A stretch of 32,000 bases of DNA from Pirellula staleyi DSM 6068. GTDB taxonomy: Bacteria; Planctomycetota; Planctomycetia; Pirellulales; Pirellulaceae. How positions within the stretch are numbered: the stretch's first letter is position 1; each line of letters starts with the position of its first letter. The notes beneath the pieces were generated by a model that worked only from the letters and a program-made list of their open reading frames with translations, was not told the origin of the DNA and made no database searches. Both the position numbers and the translations under genes were made by a program. This document shows, piece after piece, positions 9,011-17,714 of this stretch. The DNA is taken from contig CP001848.1 in NCBI GenBank assembly GCA_000025185.1, positions 4,830,001 to 4,862,000 on the forward strand. Direction: 5' to 3'.

Positions 9011-9403
9011 TCAAGTGCGATCTGTTTCCTTGTTTGCCTCACCTTTCGCGAGGCAGGATGGGCAGATTGGCTCTCCACTTTCGTTCTTGGGCTGGCAGCA
9101 TGACTGGCAGTTCGGCGACATGCACTCGCTGCAATAGCAGATGCAGTATCGGCAAGTCCACGTAAGGTAATGCTTGCAGAGGTGCGATTTGTCGCGCGTT
9201 AGTGAACTGCCACAGGTGCAGGCAGAATCTCGCTGGAGCGGGAACATCTTTTCGAGGGCACTTTCATCCATAAGCCAAAGCTCATCTTCAGCTGCGACTT
9301 CGCCATCTTCAATTGCATCGGCATAGTTGGCGATAGCGGTGCAGAATTGTCCTGCGTCGTCTTCCAGGTGATGGCAGCCACATCGGCAGTTGTTCGATTT
9401 CAT
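9011..9403 (-). CDS. Hypothetical Cys-rich protein (17 Cys in 130 aa)
   Basis: ATG start with AAGGGA upstream. Cys clusters CRCGCHH and CKHYLTWTCRYCICYCSECMSPNCQSCC...CPSC. No family recognised. Confidence 0.5.
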   Translation of the reverse strand: MKSNNCRCGCHHLEDDAGQFCTAIANYADAIEDGEVAAEDELWLMDESALEKMFPLQRDSACTCGSSLTRDKSHLCKHYLTWTCRYCICYCSECMSPNCQSCCQPKNESGEPICPSCLAKGEANKETDRT

Positions 9404-9450
9404 AACGGTATTCCCTTGTGAAACAAAAAGATTTTGAGTAAGTGCGCACT

Positions 9451-9651
9451 TCAGTTGCGATTCGAATCCTTGCTATCGCCACCGTCATGGTGATACTTTT
9501 TGATTACCTCGCGCTGGTATTGATCGAGCGTGAGGGCAATCCATTCAGGTTTTTCACTCGCTGAGCGTCGGGCGAGTTTTACCAAGATGATTTCGCCGCG
9601 ACGCTTGGTGTAAGTGATTCGTCGTCCGCGATACCACTTTTCTATTGGCAT
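9451..9651 (-). CDS. Hypothetical small basic protein (66 aa)
   Basis: ATG start. It overlaps the stop of the upstream 287-aa gene by 10 nt, which suggests operon coupling. No family recognised. Confidence 0.4.
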   Translation of the reverse strand: MPIEKWYRGRRITYTKRRGEIILVKLARRSASEKPEWIALTLDQYQREVIKKYHHDGGDSKDSNRN

Positions 9652-10505
9652 GCGTCCTCATAAGTCGGCGTGGCGACTGGTGCCAAATTGGTGTTCTGAA
9701 CTGGTCCCCGCATCGACTTGCGCTCCACGTTGCGAGCCAGTCGGTGCATAAACAGTTCTCGCTTCTTGCCGCTGTAGAAGTCGTACTCCGACGCATCCTG
9801 AAAACCTTGCAAACCCTCAGCAATGCTTGGAAGTTGGAAGACCTGCACTTTGGGAGTTTCGCTCAGGTCGGCAAAGAGTGTCAAACAGCTTGTAAGTTGA
9901 CTGGTCACCCACTCCATCGGAAAGCAAACCAACCCTTGATGTTCGCAAGTGAACTTGCTCAGCATGGTGGGCTCGTCCATCGAAAACTTCTCGCAAAGTG
10001 CTGCAAGTTCGGGGCCATCGCCGCGAATCGTTTGCGATTGCTCGAGCGAGAAGCCAGCCCAGATCCGTGGAAAGACAGGGCTTTCGGCAGCTGCTCGCGG
10101 ACAAAAGCAATCGACGCGATAAAGCGTTGATTGCAACCGCAGCGAGAGTCCTAACAGCTCCGTATTGGACGAGTCGAGTTGAAGTCCCGAGCCTCCATAT
10201 ACAGTGGCGATGCGCAGGTCTTTGTAGAACTTGCTGTTGTCACTTCCACCCCAAAGGACTCCATGTGGCACCTGCGACGCGCCGTAGCCAACGAGTCGCA
10301 GAGCGGGTGCTGAGCGGGCGATGAACTCGTCGAACAGCAGCACAGCTGTGAGTCGGCTGAGTTCGACGAGGTGCGAATCGCCACCAACGCCACGATACAA
10401 GAATCCCATGGCGGAGAGTGGTCGCTGGCGTCGGTAAGGGCGGCGACTGCCAATCTGCCGATGCAAACGATCTACTGGATCAGCTTCATTCTTTTGCAAT
10501 GTCAT
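9642..10505 (-). CDS. Hypothetical protein (287 aa)
   Basis: ATG start preceded by AAAAGGAA. It is the longest intact ORF in this part of the element. No family recognised. Confidence 0.55.
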   Translation of the reverse strand: MTLQKNEADPVDRLHRQIGSRRPYRRQRPLSAMGFLYRGVGGDSHLVELSRLTAVLLFDEFIARSAPALRLVGYGASQVPHGVLWGGSDNSKFYKDLRIATVYGGSGLQLDSSNTELLGLSLRLQSTLYRVDCFCPRAAAESPVFPRIWAGFSLEQSQTIRGDGPELAALCEKFSMDEPTMLSKFTCEHQGLVCFPMEWVTSQLTSCLTLFADLSETPKVQVFQLPSIAEGLQGFQDASEYDFYSGKKRELFMHRLARNVERKSMRGPVQNTNLAPVATPTYEDACQ

Positions 10506-10537
10506 CTTCAGTTCCTTTTTCTGTTAGACAAGTAACG

Positions 10538-10572
10538 AAAAAACGCCAACGAGAAACGGATCTCACTGGCGC
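10538..10572 (-). terminator. Rho-independent terminator (minus strand)
   Basis: On the - strand: GCGCCAGTGAGA-tccgtt-TCTCGTTGGCG, an 11-bp stem including two G:T pairs, followed by TTTTTT. It lies between the M41-like gene and the 287-aa gene. Confidence 0.6.
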
Positions 10573-10733
10573 TCAAAGTTGTTTAAGTTGAATACTGCTC
10601 ACCAAGGAGCAAGTGGCCGGATCACGGTAAAGGCTTCTTTGCCAGTCATTCGGGGGCGTCTCCTAAGCATCTCAACTAGCAGCTGGACCTGATTCCAGCA
10701 TCCCGGGTGACACAAGATTTTTTCGCACTGCTT

Positions 10734-11174
10734 CTAGTGAGAATCCAAACTTGCGCATACTTCGGCTGCGTTCTTAGAATCCGACCAGCTGATGATGGCG
10801 GCATAGCCCCAATCGTTATCTGCCTCGCTGCGGCGATAGAGGTTTCGGAGCCTGCGGGATCGCCAACGAGTCCAGTTCACGTCGTGTCCGAGTGACCTGA
10901 ATCGCTGGATCGTATAAATCATCTCCGCCACGTTGCCCGCGAGTCGGATAAGCAAGTGGCGATGCAAAAGATCGAGTTTGGCGCTCGCGCCACTCATCAA
11001 GTGCATCTCGGTCGTGAGTGAAGCAAATCTCACTCCGTGATACAAACTCAGCGATGGGCTGACCATCACCGTCTCAATCGACACATCACAGCCGTACGCG
11101 ACAGCCACATGGCCCGCAAGATGGTACAGCCGACGCTCCTCGGCAATTTCGTGATACTTGACGTTTATCCTCCA
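10734..11174 (-). pseudogene. FtsH/peptidase-M41-like domain protein with a degenerate zinc motif and no canonical in-frame start
   Basis: The frame is open from TGA at 11175-11177: WRINVKYHEIAEERRLYHLAGHVAVAYG...LLIRLAGNVAEMIY. YHLAGHVAVA aligns to the FtsH motif YHEAGHAxVA with the catalytic Glu replaced by Leu. The only upstream ATG (11175-11173) is out of frame, which suggests a 5' frameshift. The track uses an internal GTG at 11108. Confidence 0.45.
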
Positions 11175-11585
11175 TCAATAGTTATTTTTGAACTGTTCTA
11201 TTTGCAATTTTTTTTCGTGTTCTGTTGACTCCGAACCTAATGGAACGTTATTAACTTGAAGTCATTGTTAGTAATCTTCACAACTTGCAATAGATCGACT
11301 TAGATACCTGACGAAATCGCACCATCCAGCAAACCGGGATCTGAGTTCAGTTTTGAGCTGAGTCTGGCGATATGCTTTTCTGAGCACTGTTTGGTCTACT
11401 AGTCCGCGTGCTGATGTCCGAAGATTTGGAAGTGATTCTCTTAGCGAATGACTCTGCTGCCAGCTTAAGCAGTCGAAACAGTGGTGAATCCACAAGTATC
11501 GGTCCGATTGTTTCGCTGCCTCGTTTCTCTGGTGGTTTCTGTTTCAATACGATACTACCTCACTTTAGTGATTGAATAGTGACAA

Positions 11586-11620
11586 GAAACAAAAATGGCC
11601 CAAGCGATCGCCTGGGCCAT
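11586..11620 (-). terminator. Rho-independent terminator (minus strand) downstream of the serine-recombinase pseudogene
   Basis: Perfect 8-bp stem ATGGCCCA / TGGGCCAT (11595-11602 and 11613-11620) with a 10-nt loop, followed on the - strand by TTTTGTTTCTT. Confidence 0.6.
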
Positions 11621-11653
11621 TCGTAAACTCAATCGACAATGCTGCAAATTCTT

Positions 11654-13605
11654 TTAACGTTCCATATGCTGATGTCCTGGGACCGATGTGAACTCATACT
11701 TGCGATTTCGATGGCGTCGCAGTTTCGCGTAATCGGCCGGAGGTTCATCCAAAATGACAAATGCGCTCGATAATCCTAGATTACGCATACGATTGTCGAG
11801 CTGGATCGATTTCGATACTAGCGCCTGAGTAGTTTGGCCAGGGAGTCGACTTGCGATATCGCGCTGCAGTATTCCTTGGGATGCCAAAAGCACACACTCC
11901 TCTCGAAACAACTCACGCTCGGGTGGAACGAACAGATCTAAGGTCACTTCGCCAGAGAGTAGATCGCGGAGCTCCGGTGTTAAAGCGGAGTCAGCAAAAC
12001 TACCCAAGAGATCTAGCTTGGCTTTAGCGCGTGGATAAAGATATCCTCCATCACAAAGACGCACTAGGTACACTTGGATTTGGGGTGCCAGCTGTCTCAT
12101 AATGTCAGCGAGCTTCCAGGAATCATTTGTGATATGTTCGAGTTCGTGGTGTAAGTGCTTGCGTAAACCTGTTGAACTAGCTGGCAACTTAAGAGGCGTC
12201 CGTTTGCGACGCTCATAAGCCTGCCACTGCAGAGACAGTTTACGCTCACGATCATTAAGTTCCTCTAGCATCTCGCCCAGGAGCGGCTGATGTCCAGTCG
12301 CAAGAATCGCTTCTTTAAGTTTCAGTTTTTCTTGCTCAAGTGCCGATTGCTGCTTTTCGAAGTCAGCTCATACACGATCATCGTCAGTATTCCCTGCCAT
12401 TGCCGCCTCTAGAATCGCATGGTATTGCTCGTCGACGCCGTCGATGCTCTCCAGTTTGTTTGTTATCGCAGCCAGGAGACGGTCGGCGGCAAGCGGACCA
12501 TCAAACCTAATCGAATTCCAACATTTCCACTCGCGAGAAGCGGAACACATCAGGTGATCGGTGATACCATTGCCACCACACACGTATTGAGCGCCACAGA
12601 ACCAGCACCAAACATGCTGACCGAGCGGTGGAGTACGGGATTTAGGAGTGTTCTTGCGTACATCCTTGCCATTAACTCCTTTCCGTTTGTATCGCTTATT
12701 TTATGATCTGAAATCATCCATCCATTCTTGCCACTCAACTTCGTCGAGATAGGCGAGGTGTGGCTCATCGCGATATATTGGGCCCTTTGGATTCTTGACG
12801 GAAATGCGACGTCCCGTTTCGTTGTGTTTAGTCGTATGGCGGAAACCGCGACCAGGTTTACCAATCAGGATCAAATTTCGATAGAAGCGAAGGACCATCC
12901 GGCCATCCCACTTCGTCTTGCGGCAAAACGGTCCTGTTGAGAACTTATTTTCTTAAAATATTCGGCCACTTTTTCGGCATTCCGAGTTTCTTTGAGCGTC
13001 CTAAAGCCAGTATTGACCAAGACACCAGCCCTTTCTTGTTTCAACCACTCCGAGAATGTTTTTGCACCTTTTGGCTAAATATACCCAGCTATTGGTAAAG
13101 GAGTGGCGGCACCTTCTCTTCCAAATCGATTCATCAATTTTTATTTAAGTCGCTTCGACGTATGTGAGTTATGCTGCATATGTTCTTTGCACGCGTCGAA
13201 AAGATACTTTTCCCAGTCTTCTTCGGCAGTGTCGAGAAAGTCATTAGGAGAGATCACTCGCACTCCATGGTTAACAGCAATCCCACAGAGTCGAAATGCG
13301 TCTGTTCCGCGCACCAGGCGCCCTACGTCTTCAAAGATTAGCAGGTCGACTTTGCCTGACCGGATCAACTCTTCGATCTCACACAACTCGGGGCGATCAA
13401 GTCGCTCGCCCTTGCCCTTTGTGTCAACAATCCGAAACTCGATCGTCCCAGAATAGAGTTCTCTTGCAACCGCTTTGCCATGGTCTACTTGGTCTTGTAG
13501 ACTGAGCTCTGTTTGGTTTTTGCAACCAGAAATTCTCGCAACAATTACTTCAACTAAGACTCTACCGTTGCGCGGCCGAACTTCGTCCTTGTTACGAAGG
13601 TACAT
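11654..13605 (-). pseudogene. Large serine recombinase (resolvase domain + recombinase domain + zinc ribbon + coiled coil), disrupted by 4 in-frame stops and 1 frameshift
   Basis: Resolvase domain: VIVARISGCKNQTELSLQDQ...DRPEL...VDLLIFEDVGRLVR. Recombinase domain: NRFGREGAATPLPIAGYI, KWDGRMVLRFYRNLILIGKPG. Zinc ribbon: HVWCWFCGAQYVCGGNGITDHLMCSASREWKC. Lesions: TAA 13141-13143, TAG 13075-13077, a frameshift within 12940-12965 (A/T runs), TAA 12701-12703 and TGA 12368-12370. There is a strong AAGGAG 8 nt before ATG 13605. Confidence 0.8.
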
Positions 13606-14048
13606 TCGCTTGCTCCTTTTTTCTTACCTCCACTTTCAATATTGAATCAGTAAGTCGCCACCGCAGTCGCAGTCCGATGTCTTTGGGTAGCGACTTGATT
13701 GCCGATGACGTCTCGACCGCAAACCAGAGCGGTGACTTACGCGAGTAGCTTTGCAACGACGAGATCGCGAACTGATCGCATGCTGCGATTTCCGAGATTG
13801 GCAGCGATGCCGTTTAGCGCAGGCTTTGAGATGCAGATGATTCTGCAGGGGAGCCATCGAGCGATGGACTTATGAGCGCATGCAATCCATGCTGCATACG
13901 AAAAATGGTCGCGGCATCGGCTTGACCAAGAGATAGTGCTTGCCGTTTATGTACTTATGTACATGTCTTTGACGTCGATTTAGTAGCGTTTGTTCGGAGT
14001 CTTAATAGACACCCAGCTTCGCTGTTTGCACTTCAGGTATGTGAGCGA

Positions 14049-14726
14049 CTAGGGATGCCACTCACTTGGATTGCCGTCGAGGCACTCAAAGATCCGAATC
14101 TTTTCAGGAGGGAGACATAGCTTCTGTGTTCCCTTACCTACTACCGTGATCATGTCGGCAAGCGTCACCGGAAACTCTGCCATCTTGCTAAGCTTCGATT
14201 TGAGGTCCGTTACGACATTCGCACGGGACTTATCGCCAAAGGTAAGCCGATCGATTGGGCGATTGCCTTTCGCATGGCGAGCCAGATGCCACAGAAAGCC
14301 CCACAAGCGATCGTGCCGCACCCAGTCAATTTCGATCTCATGCCCAGCGAAAGCCGCACTTCTTGGCGACTCAACGATCACGAGCGCGCCACTCTCGATA
14401 GCTGCTTCGATTGCCTCTTCGACCGTAGGTATCTCGCCTGATTCGCGCAATAGCCAGTCGCGATTGGAAACGCTCATAAGCCCAATGGCATGGGCCACTT
14501 CGATGACAGCTCTTACTTCGGAGCATCCTCGGAGGGTCTTCCACATTTTATAGGCACGTTGCCGCTGATTGGCGGATTCAAAGTCCCCGCCGAGTCGTTT
14601 GCGATCGTCGTCAGTCAAAACACGATCACAAAGGATTTGAGCACTAGCCACAGTCGAAACAGCCAGCCTCAAACGCTCAAACTCTTCTCGTGCTTTGCAA
14701 TTTGCCGAGTTGTTAGGTGGGGTCAT
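14049..14726 (-). CDS. Hypothetical protein (225 aa)
   Basis: Intact ORF with an ATG start, transcribed divergently from the excisionase-like gene. No family recognised. Confidence 0.5.
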   Translation of the reverse strand: MTPPNNSANCKAREEFERLRLAVSTVASAQILCDRVLTDDDRKRLGGDFESANQRQRAYKMWKTLRGCSEVRAVIEVAHAIGLMSVSNRDWLLRESGEIPTVEEAIEAAIESGALVIVESPRSAAFAGHEIEIDWVRHDRLWGFLWHLARHAKGNRPIDRLTFGDKSRANVVTDLKSKLSKMAEFPVTLADMITVVGKGTQKLCLPPEKIRIFECLDGNPSEWHP

Positions 14727-14936
14727 GTTTCTAGCTCTCGTATGAACTCAAAGTTCCCCGCAACAATGACGTCAAGGAGTAACGCTTGTAATTCTATCAA
14801 GCGTCTGTATGGCCATCTAATGACTTACTCATCGGTGAAACCCGAAATCGCACGGTGCGAGCGCCATGCGATCCGATTTTTCGAGAATGGCCGCATGTGA
14901 CAAGACGAACTTTCGATCTTTAATTCACTCGCGCAG

Positions 14937-15239
14937 ATGTCATCTGAGTTGCTAACCGTTCGCAGTGCCGCCTTCCGGCTCGGAGTCACTACAGCCACGC
15001 TTTACAGCTGGCTGGGTGCTTCCGACTGCGGGATCTTCGTGCTTCGCGGGAGCTCGTACACGATCCGATATTTCCAAGGGGGTCCGAGAGGGCAGGGGAG
15101 GATACAGATCGAATCGTCGGAAGTGGAGCGCCTGCTTGAGGCCATGCGAGTGCAACCAAAAAAGGCTCACTCAGCACGCATACCAAGATCACCGACCACT
15201 TATCCAGGGATTACGGTTCCACTCGGAAGACCCAAATAG
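14937..15239 (+). CDS. Excisionase-family / MerR-like helix-turn-helix DNA-binding protein
   Basis: N-terminal LLTVRSAAFRLGVTTATLYSWL matches the excisionase-type HTH pattern. The gene lies directly beside the integrase. Confidence 0.55.
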   Translation: MSSELLTVRSAAFRLGVTTATLYSWLGASDCGIFVLRGSSYTIRYFQGGPRGQGRIQIESSEVERLLEAMRVQPKKAHSARIPRSPTTYPGITVPLGRPK

Positions 15240-15259
15240 CTGAGGATTTCGCTTTCCCC

Positions 15260-16378
15260 TCATTCCATGCCGATAGCGGCCCAAAGTGGGTCTTGGTAGT
15301 GCTTGCCCCACTCGCGACCGTAGTGGTCGTATGCGACGCTTGGGGTATCTCCCATCAGCTCGGCGAGCGTTTCGATCGAGCAGCCTGCTCCCTTGTTCCA
15401 GTACCCCGAAAGCATGCGATGCGCAAACGTGTGCCGACAGGAGTAGCACGAGTACTTACCTTTCACTGGATCATTCTCCCAGCCGAGTGTACGGCGAGCT
15501 AACCGAAACAGGCCCCCGGCAGTTGGTTTCTTCCAGGCGTTTCCTTGCCGATTTCGAAATATTGGACCATCACCTTGTTTCTGTAGGCGCTGACGTATCC
15601 GCTTGGCGACGAGCTTACTGACTGGAACAACGCGGGTCTTGTCGGTTTTTGACGAGTAGACCTTCCAGAGCATCCCTTGCGGCGTTTCGACTAGGTGACC
15701 CGTCGACATGCGAGCCAATTCGCAAAACGGCCGAAGTCCCGTGTGGATGGCGGCAAAGATGAAATCTGCCAAGCAAGGGTCGGCGGCACGATAGAAACTC
15801 GCTTCGTCTTCGGGCGATATCGAATGCAACCGTGGCCGCTGAGGTGGTTTCGAGAATCCGAGCAGCGAATGTTTCACCTGGAAATTCTCGGATGCGTGCG
15901 CAAACGCAGAGAGAACGATGGTGATAGCAAATCGCTGAGTCGCAGTTGAACGCCATTTGTCTTGATTTTGCAGCCAAGCATCGAGGTGCCCTCTTTTCAA
16001 GTGCGCAACGGGCAGGGCACCACAGTACTTTGCAAACACATTGAGGTATCGTCGCACCTCTTTTTCGTAATCCGTGCCGATACTTCCTTGGCGAAGTCGA
16101 CGCTCACATTCAGCGATATACTCTGAACAAACCCGGCCAACGCTCCACGCTGCAGTTACTTCTTCTGTCGACTCACATTGCCACCTGTCACTCGTCCGCT
16201 CCCGAGCAAGTGATAGCTCAGCTTCTTTACGGCATGTCGCGCCTCGAATCGGAGTGCCATCGAGTGCGAGCAGGCGCACACGCTTCTGCGAGCCCGGCGC
16301 GGTGTAGTACCAACAGTCCGTTTGTTTCCAGTACCAAGCTGAACCACGAGAGCGGCGTCGCTGGCGTTCCTTGCTCAC
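15260..16378 (-). CDS. Tyrosine recombinase / phage-type integrase (intact, 372 aa, GTG start)
   Basis: Catalytic signature: AIHTGLRPFCEL (Arg), CRHTFAHR (His-x-x-Arg) and VAYDHYGRE (Tyr). N-terminal GSAWYWKQTDCWYY motif. Confidence 0.8.
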   Translation of the reverse strand: MSKERQRRRSRGSAWYWKQTDCWYYTAPGSQKRVRLLALDGTPIRGATCRKEAELSLARERTSDRWQCESTEEVTAAWSVGRVCSEYIAECERRLRQGSIGTDYEKEVRRYLNVFAKYCGALPVAHLKRGHLDAWLQNQDKWRSTATQRFAITIVLSAFAHASENFQVKHSLLGFSKPPQRPRLHSISPEDEASFYRAADPCLADFIFAAIHTGLRPFCELARMSTGHLVETPQGMLWKVYSSKTDKTRVVPVSKLVAKRIRQRLQKQGDGPIFRNRQGNAWKKPTAGGLFRLARRTLGWENDPVKGKYSCYSCRHTFAHRMLSGYWNKGAGCSIETLAELMGDTPSVAYDHYGREWGKHYQDPLWAAIGME

Positions 16379-17631
16379 GGCTTGGCCCTCCGAGGTTCTT
16401 GGGAAGGCATTGATTTTGAAGCTCCGGAAAGGGGAGCTACTGCACTCGATGCCCGGTTCTTCGTCGCCTTGCGCGGCAACTTTTGCTTTTCACTAGCCGG
16501 AGCCTCTCCAATTGCTGCCCAAAGTGGTGTTTGGTACTGCTGCCCCCACTCCTTGCCATAGTGATCGAAAGCGACTTTGGGAGAATCACCCATCAATTCG
16601 GCAAGAGTTTCGATCGAACACCCGACGCTGCTGTTCCAGTAACCTGCAAGCATCCGGTGTGCGAATGTATGGCGGCACGCATAGCAGCTGTACTTTGACC
16701 GGACAGAATCGCCTTACCACTGCAGCTTTTGGCGAATCGCGATGAATCGAACAACTCCATTCGTACGCTTCCAAGGATTGCCCCGCGTGTTCCTGAAAAT
16801 CGGAATTTTGGAACCAGCGGGAGCTGATTTGATGAGTCGACGTACCACCGCCGCCACTTCCGGTCGGACAGGTATGCGGAGAGTCTTCTTCGTTTTGGTC
16901 GAATAGACGCGCCACATCATTCCGCGTGGATGCTCTTCGACGCACTCGGCCGTGAGTTTTGCGAGTTCACAAAACGGCCTCAAGCCAGTGTGGATCGCTG
17001 CAAACAAGAAGTCGCGAAATCGCTCTTCGCAAGCTGAGTAGATAATTTTCTCGTCGTCGGGAGAGATTGAAGTCAATCGTGGATTCGAGCGTGGCTTCTT
17101 GATCCCCTTGAGCGGATTGCGCACATCGAAAAAAGTTTGAGCCCGATTGAATGCGGCGAGAACCACGGCAATCGCCGCTCGCTGAGTATCGTTGCTTTTC
17201 CAGGTCGCATAGGAGTCGATCTAGCTGGTGATGTGCCCCTTTTTCAGCTGCGACACCGGCAACGCTCCGCAATACTTGCACAGATCATTCAGCCAACTCG
17301 CCGAGTTGTCGCGATGGCCTTTGCTTAGCGTTCCCTTGGCCACTCCCTTGTCGCAATACTGGAGGTACTCGGAGCAGACTCTGGCGACAATCCAGTCTCC
17401 GGAACCGACACTTCCATGCTCGGTCCCTTCAGTACCCCAGTTAACCTTCATGCGAGCCAGCGCCACAATCGCAGCCTCGCGGTTATCCTTGCCACGAATG
17501 CGATTGCCCGACTCATCCAGTAGCGGCACCCTCTTCTTGGCCTCAGGCAAAATGGCATACCAAGCGTCGGTCTGTTTCCAGTGCCACGCGCTGCCGTGTG
17601 ACTGCCGTCGCTTCGTACGTTTCTTTCCCAT
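16375..17631 (-). pseudogene. Tyrosine integrase paralog interrupted by two in-frame stops
   Basis: ORFs 17221-17631, 16714-17166 and 16375-16653 share one frame. TAG 17221-17223 aligns with Trp, and TAA 16714-16716 with Glu, of the intact paralog in ungapped local alignments. By eye the two are about half identical. The catalytic motifs are still readable (AIHTGLRPFCEL, CRHTFAHR, FDHYGKE). Its TGA overlaps the GTG start of the intact integrase (GTGA). Confidence 0.8.
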
Positions 17632-17714
17632 GCCTACTCCTTTCGCGGATACTTTGTTGACCTGCCGCGCGGGCTGACCGATACTTGCGTTTCCCTTTTT
17701 GCAGGAGACTGAAC

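Larger units (their letters stand above)
8705..17685. mobile_element. Candidate decayed integrative element (~9 kb); boundaries are tentative
   Basis: It contains integrases, an excisionase-like HTH and a serine recombinase, with AT-rich patches (e.g. 11160-11260). An imperfect direct repeat, GGGCTGACC-ATACT (8705-8718) versus GGGCTGACCGATACT (17671-17685), lies about 40 nt outside the outer integrase start. Confidence 0.35.

Noticed and set aside
9459-9469. GATTCGAATCC, a tRNA T-loop-like string
   Set aside because: The flanking bases cannot form a T-stem or an acceptor stem, and it lies inside the 66-aa ORF. I found no tRNA anywhere near the integrases.
11268-11547. Two overlapping 66-75-aa ORFs on the - strand between the serine recombinase terminator and the M41-like gene
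   Set aside because: They are mutually exclusive frames with no motifs and sit in an AT-rich, promoter-like region. I cannot support either as a gene.
7954-17631. Idea that the in-frame TAA/TAG/TGA codons reflect stop-codon reassignment or programmed read-through
   Set aside because: All three stop codons terminate well-conserved intact genes at the expected positions in this window. TAA ends groEL, groES, the sulfatase and the HAD hydrolase. TAG ends the Y-family polymerase. TGA ends the intact integrase and the GT2-GT1 gene. The recombinase also carries a true frameshift.
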